Below, piece by piece: positions 10,397-19,935 of a stretch of 64,000 nucleotides of DNA (positions are counted from its first letter, which is position 1; every line of letters begins with the position of its first letter). Made by a program: the position numbers and the translations under genes. The DNA comes from an uncultured candidate division Zixibacteria bacterium. GTDB taxonomy: Bacteria > Zixibacteria > MSB-5A5 > UBA10806 > 4484-95. The DNA lies in contig CAXXKA010000008.1 in NCBI GenBank assembly GCA_963668625.2, forward strand, positions 128,001 through 192,000, given 5' to 3'. Under the pieces are notes generated by a model that worked only from the letters and a program-made list of their open reading frames with translations, was not told the origin of the DNA and did no database searches.

Positions 10397-10537
10397 CGGA
10401 AGTTGAAAAGTCATTCTGAGGTGGTAGGCGAACGAAGCCCTTTGTTCATCCTGTCCTGCCACCGGAATTCATGAAGTATGTCGCCGTAGAAAAATTTCCA
10501 GCGACATTTTTAACCACAGGTTGTTTTTCAACAATCA
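10397..10537. mobile_element. Degenerate, internally rearranged MITE-B copy
   Basis: Ends GTTGAAAAG / TTTTTCAACAA; internal blocks shared with 1020-1167, one of them inverted and moved. Confidence 0.55.
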
Positions 10538-10540
10538 GTT

Positions 10541-10978
10541 TTACGCGTAGGGGTACATACCGCCTTTGATTTTCTCCAACTCATTGAGGACCTTATTGTG
10601 TTTCTCCTCATCATGGAGAAGATAGTTCAAGAGATACTCCTGAACCAGCATTTTCTTACCCTTCAAAGCTGTTAAGGCTTCCTCGGCCAGTTCCACGGTT
10701 TTCTTTTCGAGCAGTATGTGTTTCTCGATTAGGTCCCATACCTCGCCAAGCTCATCCGGGCTTAAGGCAACCGCTTTACTCTGCAGGCTGTCGGCAATGA
10801 ACTCCTGTACACGGTAATGGAACTGGGAATCACGCTGAATGATCTCCATAACCATACGGACTACGGGATTGTTGGTTTTCTCGATAATCTGGCCCGTTGA
10901 GGCCACTGAGGCGTTTTCTATTTTCTGCCAGCGCTTCATGTTGGATACGATTTGTTCTTGAATCTCTTTAGTCGACAT
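10541..10978 (-). CDS. Ferritin-like/rubrerythrin-related four-helix protein
   Basis: 'IENAS..DSQFH' and 'LEKK..DEEKH' paired E/ExxH-like motifs; lies between perR and tpx. Confidence 0.7.
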   Translation of the reverse strand: MSTKEIQEQIVSNMKRWQKIENASVASTGQIIEKTNNPVVRMVMEIIQRDSQFHYRVQEFIADSLQSKAVALSPDELGEVWDLIEKHILLEKKTVELAEEALTALKGKKMLVQEYLLNYLLHDEEKHNKVLNELEKIKGGMYPYA

Positions 10979-11033
10979 CTGGAATTCCTCCAATTGGTAA
11001 TTTAATTTTTCCTACGACTCGTTAATCAGAATA

Positions 11034-11456
11034 TTATTTCTTATCGTTGTTATTACAATTTTCGCACAAACCCACCAATTCGAGCCTGTATCCGCTTACC
11101 CTGAAACTCCCGGTCTGCTCGGCCCGACTCGTATCGATTACAACGTCGCGTGACGGTATATCTATCAGTTTCTGGCAATTGATACAGCGCATGTGATAAT
11201 GCTTGTTGAGGTTGCCATCGAACATTTTCTGATGCCCTGCCAGTTCGATCTTATCTATAAAGCCATGTTCGGACAACACCTCGAGATTGCGATAAATTGT
11301 CCCCAGGCTTACTTTCGGGATGCTTTTCTTAACCCGGTTATAAACCTCATCTGCAGTTAGATGAGTATTTGCTTTCTTGAACTCATCCAATATAACTCTC
11401 CTCTGACGGGTTATACGCAGGTCCAGGCTTTTTAATGTCGGTTCCGGGTTTTGCAT
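11034..11456 (-). CDS. perR: Fur-family regulator, probably PerR
   Basis: 'RITRQRRVIL', 'HLTADEVY', 'SLGTIYRNL', 'HYHMRCINC', 'CENC'; cotranscribed with peroxide-defence genes. Confidence 0.8.
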   Translation of the reverse strand: MQNPEPTLKSLDLRITRQRRVILDEFKKANTHLTADEVYNRVKKSIPKVSLGTIYRNLEVLSEHGFIDKIELAGHQKMFDGNLNKHYHMRCINCQKLIDIPSRDVVIDTSRAEQTGSFRVSGYRLELVGLCENCNNNDKK

Positions 11457-11462
11457 AGTGGT

Positions 11463-11481
11463 AATAGTAACCAATACTAAT
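11463..11481. promoter_or_regulatory. Candidate PerR autoregulatory operator AATAGTAA-CCA-ATACTAAT
   Basis: Imperfect palindrome immediately upstream of the perR ATG. Confidence 0.45.
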
Positions 11482-11800
11482 CTTAAAGTGTTTCCGATTT
11501 CTACAATTGTTATATTTAATTATTTAACAGCCGGAATTGGCCGGGGGTTTCGTCTATTATAAATACGTTTCCAATACTATATGATGTCATCACAGCACCA
11601 GAACCATAACCATATATCACTGGAGTCAGGACTTTACCTTCTCCTTGCATAAAGCTGCTTCGCAATGTAGTATGCTTGGTATTAAGGGCGCCCCAACAAT
11701 GAATTTACACGGATTTTACTTAAAAATACTACAAAAATGATCCTTTTTATGGGGTTTTTCTTGATTTTTGTGTTTACTATTTTTGTTAATTATATATCTT

Positions 11801-12979
11801 ATGCATAGAATGAGATATTTGACTACGACATTATTAATCGCCGGTATGATTTGCATGTGCGTAATCCCGGCTCAGGCGCTGGTAAACCCTCGCGGTACCG
11901 AGGATACATTCGAGATCGCCACCTGGAATATCGAATGGTTCCCGCTTCAGGGGCAGGGTACGATTGACACCCTGGCTATTCTGATACAGGATTTGCAATT
12001 GGATGTGATAGCGTTTGAGGAGATATCCGACACCACAGCATTCCGGAATCTTCTGTCTCTACTCCCCGGTTGGGATGGTTTCTTCTCGCCCGATATCACC
12101 AGCCCCAGTTCCTACCAGAAAACAGGTATCATCTACAGAACCGATCAGGTAAGCCTGCTTTCCTGGGAGCCGATATTCTGGAACGAGAGCAATGCATTCC
12201 CGCGGCCGCCGATTCGGGCCACCCTCGAGGCACATCTGCCGACAGGGACATTCAGTTTCTACCTGATTGTCATGCACTTGAAGGCTTATGATGATTCGGA
12301 GAGTCGTGCCAGACGATTCGCTGCTATGACAATGCTCAAGCAGTACCTCGATGTTCTAGTGCCGTTCCTGCCCGATCACGATTGGATGGTGGTCGGCGAT
12401 TATAACGATGAGATAGACGATCCGCAAAGTCTTAACATATTCTGGGATTTCCTGGAGGACAGCACCGATTACACGTTCTTAACCGAACCACTGGCAGGCA
12501 ACTCATATTGGGCCTCGTACCCCTCGTATAACTCGCTGATCGATCATATTATGGTTACCAGTGATTGCCTGGATGAGTACGGCGAAAATGGCCTGACCGA
12601 AACTCTTCGTCTGGATGATGAATACTCCAGCTACTCTTACCGGATATCAGATCATCGCCCGGTGATGACCAGGTTTACCGATTTCCCCACAGGTATAGAG
12701 GAGGCTGAGGTATTACCCGATGATATCGGTTTAAACTCTTACCCCAATCCGTTTAACGCCTCCACGAACATATCATTCAGCCTGGTTCAACCCGGTAATG
12801 TTCAGCTCGAGATTTACAACACACTGGGGCAGCTTACCGATATCCTGGCTGATGAACATTACGAGGCCGGTAATTATACGGTAAGATTCGAGGCAGGTGA
12901 TTATTCCTCCGGCGTATATTTCCTGCGCCTGGTCACTGATGATAATGTCTCGGTGAAAAAACTCAATTTGATCAAGTAA
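11801..12979 (+). CDS. Secreted endonuclease/exonuclease/phosphatase (EEP) protein with C-terminal YPNPFN Ig-like sorting domain
   Basis: 'ATWNIEWF', 'HLKA', 'GDYND', 'IDHI', 'SDHRPV', then 'YPNPFNASTNI...K'. Confidence 0.9.
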   Translation: MHRMRYLTTTLLIAGMICMCVIPAQALVNPRGTEDTFEIATWNIEWFPLQGQGTIDTLAILIQDLQLDVIAFEEISDTTAFRNLLSLLPGWDGFFSPDITSPSSYQKTGIIYRTDQVSLLSWEPIFWNESNAFPRPPIRATLEAHLPTGTFSFYLIVMHLKAYDDSESRARRFAAMTMLKQYLDVLVPFLPDHDWMVVGDYNDEIDDPQSLNIFWDFLEDSTDYTFLTEPLAGNSYWASYPSYNSLIDHIMVTSDCLDEYGENGLTETLRLDDEYSSYSYRISDHRPVMTRFTDFPTGIEEAEVLPDDIGLNSYPNPFNASTNISFSLVQPGNVQLEIYNTLGQLTDILADEHYEAGNYTVRFEAGDYSSGVYFLRLVTDDNVSVKKLNLIK

Positions 12980-13200
12980 GCAAACCGAAACAACAATTCT
13001 TATTTCCGCTTGCCAGTTATTGCATTATAGGTATGGTAAAAATGATACCGAGCCCACCCTATGGAAATCGATGCAAAGCTGTAGCCGGATAAACCCGGGT
13101 AAGGATTGTGCATCTAAAAGTGTTACCTTACCAGGAAAGTAGCAGGCACAAAATTACCTGTTTGCTGAATTACTTAATCGAATCCATTTTCAGCATATAG

Positions 13201-13255
13201 CTGAATGTACTGGCACATAGGTAACAGAATAGACCGGCGACATGGATAACACTTT
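13201..13255. repeat. IS481-like terminal sequence; inverted copy at 60029-60083
   Basis: TGTACTGGCACATAGGTAACA...CATGGATAACACTTT, near-identical to the reverse complement of 60029-60083. Confidence 0.55.
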
Positions 13256-13384
13256 CTGAAAAATCATCTTGGGCTGGTAGTTTTAATTTTTAGAATAGGG
13301 AATACTGCTTCTATCAACCGTGAAGATTGCTTATCTGCTACCGGTTGATAGCCTAATTTTTTCTTCTGTGATGTTGCATTAATA

Positions 13385-13460
13385 ACATCCAGCCATGCCG
13401 GATTACCCACCCTGCTGGTGGGGTACACCATCTTTTCAACCTCCCTTTTTTGCGGGGGCA
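13385..13460. repeat. Solo degenerate copy of the 57.5-59.4 kb array unit (REP family R6)
   Basis: CAGCCATGCCGGATTACCCACCCTGCTGGTGGG...TTTTGCGGGG. Confidence 0.75.
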
Positions 13461-13551
13461 TTAGAAATTTGACAGAACGTTGTTGTTACAAAAAAAGGGA
13501 CGCTCTATCGAACGTCCCCGCAAATATACCATAAATCCGATTTTAAAATAT

Positions 13552-14520
13552 CTACTCCATATCCGCTTCGAGATATTCATGCGTTACCTTGCGACGCGCT
13601 AACTCCTCAGATAACCTCTGTACGAATTTCTCGGCGGCGTTTTCACCATAGACTTTTAGCATATGGTTCATGCTTATCACCTCTGAGATAACAGTAATAT
13701 TCTTGCCCGGCGATACCGGTATCGTTACGACCGGTATCTCCACGCCCAGAAGCGTCGTATAGTGATCCTCGATACCCAGGCGATCGTATTCGATCTCATC
13801 ATCCCAGAGTTCCAGCCTGACCTCTACCTCGATACGTTTCTGCATCCTGATAGAACGTATACCGAAAAGCTTTTCGACATTGATAATGCCAACGCCCCGT
13901 ATCTCCATATGATGTCCCAACCGCTCATCGGCCTCGCCCACTATGACATCCGGGGCTTTCTTGACCACCGTCACGACATCATCAGCCACCAGGCGATGGC
14001 TTCGTTCGATCAAATCCAGGGCGCATTCCGATTTGCCTACGCCGGACTTGCCGGTATAAAGCAAACCGACTCCGTAAACATCCACCAGCGTGCCATGAAT
14101 CTGTGTTCTCGGAGCGAATATATTATCGTAATACGTCGAGATACGCATCATGATTTCTGTAGTGGTGAGGTTGGTTTGAAGCACGGGTACGTTATTGGCG
14201 GCCGCCTCGATTATGAAATATTGCGGCGGTTTTTGCCCCTTGGTGATAATCACCAGCGGTATATCGAACGAGAAAAACTGCTTGAGACAAATCTCAAGCT
14301 CTGTCGGTGGCAGACTTTCCAGGTATGAAAGCTCGGTTTCCCCGAGTACCTGGGTTCTGTGATGCGGGAATCTCTCGGTAAATCCGGCCAACGCCAGGCC
14401 AGGGCGAAATACCTGATTGTTGGGAATCTCCTGTTTCAGGCAATTCCCGCCGTTTAACACGTATAGCTCGAGAAATTCCTTCTTTTCGCTTAATAGCTTT
14501 TCAATTGTTAGCTGAGGCAT
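13552..14520 (-). CDS. hprK: HPr(Ser) kinase/phosphorylase
   Basis: 'RPGLALAGF', 'GKSGVGKSECALDLIERSHRLVADD', 'MEIRGVGII', 'PGKN'. Confidence 0.97.
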   Translation of the reverse strand: MPQLTIEKLLSEKKEFLELYVLNGGNCLKQEIPNNQVFRPGLALAGFTERFPHHRTQVLGETELSYLESLPPTELEICLKQFFSFDIPLVIITKGQKPPQYFIIEAAANNVPVLQTNLTTTEIMMRISTYYDNIFAPRTQIHGTLVDVYGVGLLYTGKSGVGKSECALDLIERSHRLVADDVVTVVKKAPDVIVGEADERLGHHMEIRGVGIINVEKLFGIRSIRMQKRIEVEVRLELWDDEIEYDRLGIEDHYTTLLGVEIPVVTIPVSPGKNITVISEVISMNHMLKVYGENAAEKFVQRLSEELARRKVTHEYLEADME

Positions 14521-14526
14521 AAAACT

Positions 14527-14898
14527 TTAGTCGAATTCCTCGATCTCCTCGAATTCATCATCTCCCGACTCCGCTACCGGTCGAGTTTTCGGCGGTGATT
14601 TTCTGGCGCCCTTCTTGTCTTTCAGCTTCTCTTTGTAACGCTTGATCTGTGTTTCCATCTTGGCAATGACCTGTTCTATCGCCAGGTACATATCATAGGT
14701 TTTGGCCTTGGCTGTCAGCGTGGTGCGGTATACCCTGACTGAAAGTTCGGCAATCTGACGGTTTTTCTCTATCGTCATCGTCAGGTCGGCATCAATTATA
14801 TTATCGAAATATTTCTCGAGTCTTTTTATCTCATCATGCGCGTAAGTATTCAAATTCTCACTTAAGTCAAAATGACGAGCGGTAACTTTAACCTTCAT
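14527..14898 (-). CDS. hpf: Ribosome hibernation promoting factor (RaiA/HPF)
   Basis: 'VTARHFDLS', 'DMYLAIE...KMETQIKRYKEK'; lies between rpoN and hprK. Confidence 0.93.
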   Translation of the reverse strand: MKVKVTARHFDLSENLNTYAHDEIKRLEKYFDNIIDADLTMTIEKNRQIAELSVRVYRTTLTAKAKTYDMYLAIEQVIAKMETQIKRYKEKLKDKKGARKSPPKTRPVAESGDDEFEEIEEFD

Positions 14899-15329
14899 GT
14901 TGCACTCCTTTTAAAATAGAGACCTTATGGGAGTAATACAGCGGTTCGACAACACTGAACAAAGCACACATTCTACCCCTCCTAAACAACTGCCCATCGT
15001 TGGTTATTCTTTGTCTCCTGGTTGAAAGTTTACGGCGATTACAAAGTTTCATCATTCTATCTATATTATACTTCCCTCAACTTTAAAAAGATTCTACCGG
15101 TTTTAAATCCGATACAAAATACCCTATCTTTTTCTACAGGGTATAGTTTATCCGAAAAATACTATTTATACAATACCTTTCTAGCCGGTTGGACATTAAC
15201 GATAAACTTTATTATCAGCCATGTAAGACTATTAATTTCCCTCATTTCTCTATAAAAAGATAATTCTTAGCTGGTATTGAAGCAAGATAAATTTAGCCAC
15301 CCCCCTGACAAAGTAGACTAAAAAATATA

Positions 15330-16757
15330 TCAAAAATTCCGGGCGACTTGCTTACGGTATCGCGCCGCCTGAATGCCCAGTTCCTCGCGATATTTCGTAA
15401 CCGTGCGCCGGGCCAGTTTGATTCCCTGCGCTCCCAGAAGTTTGGCGATCTCCTGGTCGGAGTACGGTGTTGCCGGATTCTCGTTCTTGATTATATCATC
15501 GATTTTGGTTTTAACCACGCGCTTGGGTAAATCATCCCCGGAGGCCGTAGCTACGCCTGTATTGAAAAAGTATTTGATCTCGAACATGCCCAGCGGTGTT
15601 TGCACGTATTTGCCATTGGCCACGCGCGAAATAGTGGCGACATTCATGCCGACCTTTTCGGCGATTTGCTCCATTGTCAGCGGCTTAAGATGCGACTCGC
15701 CGTTATGGAAGAAATCCTTCTGCTCCTCAACGATCGCCTCCATGACATTTATCATGGTATTGCGGCGCTGGTTGATCGCATTTATAAGCCACCTGGCCTG
15801 TTCGAGTTTATCCTTGATATACACCTTCGTGGTTTCGGGTGTCTTATTGCCGCGGCGGATCAGATCCCGATACGATTGGTTTATGCGAAGTTGGGGCAGA
15901 TTCCGATCGTTATGGAAAACAAAAAACTCCTCGCCGATTTTATCGACGATCAGATCGGGCACTATATGCTGTGCCGCCGTGACGAATTTACCGGTTGCCG
16001 GTTTAGGCGCCAGATTGCGTATTATCTCCATGGCCATCTGAACACGCTCCGGAGCTGTTCCCAGGATTTTCGCAAGCTGCATCTGGCTTTTCTTCTCCAG
16101 CCCGTAAATATGCTCATCGATAATAACCCAGGCCAGCGAGCCTTTCAAGCCATGTTCCTCGAGTTGCGCCAGAAGGCATTCGCGAAGGTCTTTGGAGCCA
16201 ACACCGGTTGGATCGAATTTCTTGATAATTGCCAGCACTTCCTCGACAATCGGTTGCTCTATATCCAGTTCTTTGGCAATTTCATCGACTGGCACACGTA
16301 GAAAACCACCCTCATCGATATTACCGATTAAATATAAGCCGATCTCATGCTGTTGGTCGGTCAATTTGGCAAATCCGAGTTGCTCGGCCAGGTGATCGAA
16401 TATCGATTTTTCCGAGGCGGTTATTGTCTCTCGTATAACATCATCCGCCGAATGCGAAAAATCACGATAATTATTAGCGAAACTGTACTCGTGATCCTCA
16501 CCGAGATACTCCTGCCAGTCGATTTTCTCCTGGTTCTCGCGGTTCTCACGCTCCAGTTCCTCGATACTCTGAACCTTATCGGCCTCGCCCTCACGTTCGA
16601 CTTCCTCTAACAGGGGATTATCGGAGAGCTTTTGACGGAGTATTTGTTCCAGGTTTAAAACAGGCTCCATCAATAATTTAAGTGACTGGATCAGATCGGG
16701 CCTGACTACCAGTGTTTGTCTTAAACCAACCTGTGGTATTATTTTTAGTTCTGCCAT
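15330..16757 (-). CDS. rpoN: RNA polymerase sigma-54 factor
   Basis: RpoN box 'ARRTVTKYRE'; 'TISRVANGKY'. Confidence 0.97.
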   Translation of the reverse strand: MAELKIIPQVGLRQTLVVRPDLIQSLKLLMEPVLNLEQILRQKLSDNPLLEEVEREGEADKVQSIEELERENRENQEKIDWQEYLGEDHEYSFANNYRDFSHSADDVIRETITASEKSIFDHLAEQLGFAKLTDQQHEIGLYLIGNIDEGGFLRVPVDEIAKELDIEQPIVEEVLAIIKKFDPTGVGSKDLRECLLAQLEEHGLKGSLAWVIIDEHIYGLEKKSQMQLAKILGTAPERVQMAMEIIRNLAPKPATGKFVTAAQHIVPDLIVDKIGEEFFVFHNDRNLPQLRINQSYRDLIRRGNKTPETTKVYIKDKLEQARWLINAINQRRNTMINVMEAIVEEQKDFFHNGESHLKPLTMEQIAEKVGMNVATISRVANGKYVQTPLGMFEIKYFFNTGVATASGDDLPKRVVKTKIDDIIKNENPATPYSDQEIAKLLGAQGIKLARRTVTKYREELGIQAARYRKQVARNF

Positions 16758-17086
16758 AACGTTAACTATTGCAACATGTTAGATGTTTACTTTCTATTTA
16801 TACTATCGGCTGTAAACAAGCTGGTCTTGATGAATTTAACCCGCTGTTGCAGTCTTAATATTTATTATACGAAGAAACAGTATAATTGCAAGCAAAAACT
16901 GCTCCGAAAGTGTTAATAAATTGTAATTATTTTAGAAACAGTATCTTACGAGCCAAAAATAGCCTTGCTTTTAACTATCAGCGAACGTTATAGTCTATTA
17001 TAACAGGTTGAAATACAAAATTGTCTGAAATGACATTATTTCAGGTTTAAACTGGATAAAATTAGCTAATTTAGCAAGGAATTGAT

Positions 17087-17578
17087 ATGGACAAGCCGCT
17101 TTCATGGGAGGAGTATTTCATGTCACTGGCATTGGTGACCTCGCTTAAATCGAAAGATCAATCAACGCAGGTCGGCGCAGTAATAGTAGACAACAAAACC
17201 CGCAAAGTCGTATCCTCAGGCTATAACGGTTTCCCGCGCTATCTGGATGATGATAAAGTGCCGACTAACCGTCCTGAAAAATACCTGTACGTGGTTCATG
17301 CCGAATTAAACGCTATACTTCACGCCGAGAGAAACCTGACCGGCTGCACGCTGTATGTGACAGTCTTTCCCTGCTCCGATTGCATGAAAGCTATGATTCA
17401 GACCGGGATAAAGCGGGTGGTATATCTTAATGAACTTGGCGGCGAGGACTGGGAGATGTCTAAAGCGGCCACGATGAAACTGGCGGAGTTAGCCAGGGTA
17501 GAGGTGCACAAATTCGAGGGCGATAACGAGATTATCGAGTATTTGCTGAGCAAGGTAAATATCCGCGGCCGGGCGTAA
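17087..17578 (+). CDS. dCMP deaminase (ComEB family)
   Basis: 'WEEYFM', 'QVGAVIV', 'GYNGFP', 'HAELNAI', 'FPCSDC'. Confidence 0.92.
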   Translation: MDKPLSWEEYFMSLALVTSLKSKDQSTQVGAVIVDNKTRKVVSSGYNGFPRYLDDDKVPTNRPEKYLYVVHAELNAILHAERNLTGCTLYVTVFPCSDCMKAMIQTGIKRVVYLNELGGEDWEMSKAATMKLAELARVEVHKFEGDNEIIEYLLSKVNIRGRA

Positions 17579-17864
17579 ATCATGGATATCATTTTCCCGA
17601 AGTCACTCTCATCCGCCCCCGGGCTGTCATGCTCGTGAAAATCCTATTACACATGCGTCACCTATTCTGGCTCATTCATTTATTTGAAGGCCTAAGATAT
17701 TTTTCAAATATTATTGGACGCCAAATCAATTCGCGTAGGTCAACACCCTGGGGACTTGATGTGTGATGGAATGAACTGAAGGTGCAATTAACGCGCTCGA
17801 AACCACAGAGATTTCAATCTACCAGGTTTATTCATAAATTTGCACGGGAAAGATTCGCTGAAAT

Positions 17865-19361
17865 TCAATCGCCGCGGCCGGGATCGTTCCAGAAAAAGCG
17901 AATCAGGCCCTCGCTGGTACCTAGCCAGAAATAGTCGCCATCAGGTACCAGGGAGTTAACCGCGTTAGCCGGCAAGCCATCCTCGATAGTATATAGATAA
18001 GTATATTGATCACTTCTGCGGTATTTCCAAAGCCCGATATCGGTGGCGGCCCAGATATGTTTATCATCAGCGTAAACCTCGTTTATTTTCCAACCGGTGG
18101 AAAAACTATGCTCGGTAGCGATCGTTATCTCCTCCGTATCGGGATCGTATATGGCCACGCCGAACCTGGCCCCGAAATAGAGACTAATGCCATTTCCGAA
18201 AATATCATATACGCCGTATCCCAGATCGCCAATCGGGTTATCGATTGCATGGAATCGATTGGCCCGGGCGTCATATGAATAAACCTTTCGGTCGGTTGCG
18301 ATATAGAGAACATCCTTAAATACGCATAAATCGTAAACAACCTGTCCGCGAAGGTACAAATCATCCGGCAGGGGCGCCCTGAAAGCCGAGTCGGGTACAT
18401 TGCCGGTAGCGGGCAGTACGGTCAGGCCGTTATCCGTACCGATATACAGGTAACCGCCGTAATTTGCCAGCGAGTATATTTCAGTTGATGGCAGGTTGAC
18501 ATAGTTGCGGTAGGTGGTAAATCTATCACCTTTATCGATCCTGATAAGGCCAGTTGAGGTTCCCAGCCAGATATAGTCGCCTGCCTGTACTCCCGAGGTA
18601 ATTTCGGTATTATCCAAACCGTAGACGAACTCGGATCTGTAGTAGTTCCATTCGTTTCGATACCTGTCGAAACGCGTAATGGCTTTATCGGAGACACCGA
18701 ATTCGGTACCCATCCATAAATCATCACCGATCTCTATAACGCGGGAGATATTCTTATCATATAGGCCGAATCGTAAAATCGTATAATCGAAATGATCGGT
18801 GTTTATCACGGCCGCGCCCATACCCCAGGTACCTACGTACATCCTGTAGAAATCGCCGTCCTCGTAACCGACCGTTACCTTATATCGCCGGCCATCGGGA
18901 TCGGTGATAACACCATTCGAATAATTATAGCGAAACGGCATGAACATATCCGAAAATCGGGAGGCTCGCCAGTCGTTCTTGATTTTTTCTGACGGGAAAT
19001 CGCTATCATTATACCAGCTTTCGAAAGTGAGATTATACTTGCCGTTACCGCGATCGGTGCTGACCCATAGCTCGTTATACTGGATATCATAAACCAGCGC
19101 TTCGATATTACCGGAGGGTAAACCATCCGCGGTTGTTATAGGCGTAAGCCAGCTATCGGTCATGGTATCATAACGCGTAATGCCTCCGGTCGTGCCGAAA
19201 TAAACAACCTGTTGATCGGCGGCTATCGAGGTGACATATCGAAATTCGCTGAAATTTACCCAGTCGCCCTGATCGTAGCGAACGGCGCGAGCACTACTTG
19301 TAGGTATCAGAATTATTATTAAAAGTACGAGTAGTAAACTAACAGCAACGACGGTTTTCAT
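17865..19361 (-). CDS. Secreted beta-propeller protein (two-component regulator propeller-like repeats)
   Basis: Signal peptide; repeats 'DGLP...I..L', 'IWLGT..GL'. Confidence 0.75.
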   Translation of the reverse strand: MKTVVAVSLLLVLLIIILIPTSSARAVRYDQGDWVNFSEFRYVTSIAADQQVVYFGTTGGITRYDTMTDSWLTPITTADGLPSGNIEALVYDIQYNELWVSTDRGNGKYNLTFESWYNDSDFPSEKIKNDWRASRFSDMFMPFRYNYSNGVITDPDGRRYKVTVGYEDGDFYRMYVGTWGMGAAVINTDHFDYTILRFGLYDKNISRVIEIGDDLWMGTEFGVSDKAITRFDRYRNEWNYYRSEFVYGLDNTEITSGVQAGDYIWLGTSTGLIRIDKGDRFTTYRNYVNLPSTEIYSLANYGGYLYIGTDNGLTVLPATGNVPDSAFRAPLPDDLYLRGQVVYDLCVFKDVLYIATDRKVYSYDARANRFHAIDNPIGDLGYGVYDIFGNGISLYFGARFGVAIYDPDTEEITIATEHSFSTGWKINEVYADDKHIWAATDIGLWKYRRSDQYTYLYTIEDGLPANAVNSLVPDGDYFWLGTSEGLIRFFWNDPGRGD

Positions 19362-19624
19362 CGAAGAATTATAACAAAACGAAACACGATTGGCAATTGA
19401 TTTGGCAATTCTCGGACTCCGTGGAACGTGTAGTTTAAACATCCTGGTATTATTAACTCCCGAGGATTCGGAATGTTGCCGGACTATCGAGATTTTCTAA
19501 ATACATCAGGAGGAAACAACCGATTGAATGAAAAACATCGGACCGTAGTTATATCATCAAACGAAATCCTCTTGATAATAGTAAAATCCTAATGGCGGAT
19601 TGAAACCAAATTTCTATCTATTTA

Positions 19625-19878
19625 CACCACTGTCCGGCCTTTCCATCTCGTTGCGAAGCGCTGCTTGGCAACGTGGCTTTTTGGCCGGCAAAATGCGCAT
19701 TCTACATGACACAAGCAGGTTTCCAGGCAGCGCTTGGAAACCAGGAAACTAAGCCTAACATCGACAGGGCGTGTCAGGATGCATGATACGCTGAATATAT
19801 AATTGTATCGGAAAACATCTTTCACTAACAATTTCAGGAAGAAATTTAAAATTTATCGAAAAACACCGGACACTAGTG
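19625..19878 (+). mobile_element. MITE family A (254 bp)
   Basis: TIR CACCACTGTCCGG / CCGGACACTAGTG; 9-bp TSD ATCTATTTA / ATATATTTA. Confidence 0.92.
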
Positions 19879-19935
19879 ATATATTTATAAAACAATACGC
19901 CGTGCTATTTAGTTATTGAACCAGGAGGAAATAAT

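Noticed and set aside
13040-13130. c-di-GMP-I riboswitch-like GATGCAAAGC
   Set aside because: I could not build the P2 stem/GAAA tetraloop, and no gene follows on that strand.
14900-15330. Sigma-54 promoter upstream of hpf
   Set aside because: The only TGGC...TTGC candidate has the wrong GG-to-GC spacing.
15373-16301. Long antisense ORFs over rpoN (similarly over tex, hprK and others)
   Set aside because: Shadow frames of well-supported genes, with no recognisable motifs.
17087-17578. Anti-phage dCTP deaminase
   Set aside because: Short stand-alone ComEB-type enzyme with no kinase domain, in a housekeeping context.
19622-19831. Small ORFs inside MITE copies (also 2247-2595, 41182-41472, 59725-60042, 9076-9316)
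   Set aside because: Frames and lengths vary between copies; no transposase motifs.
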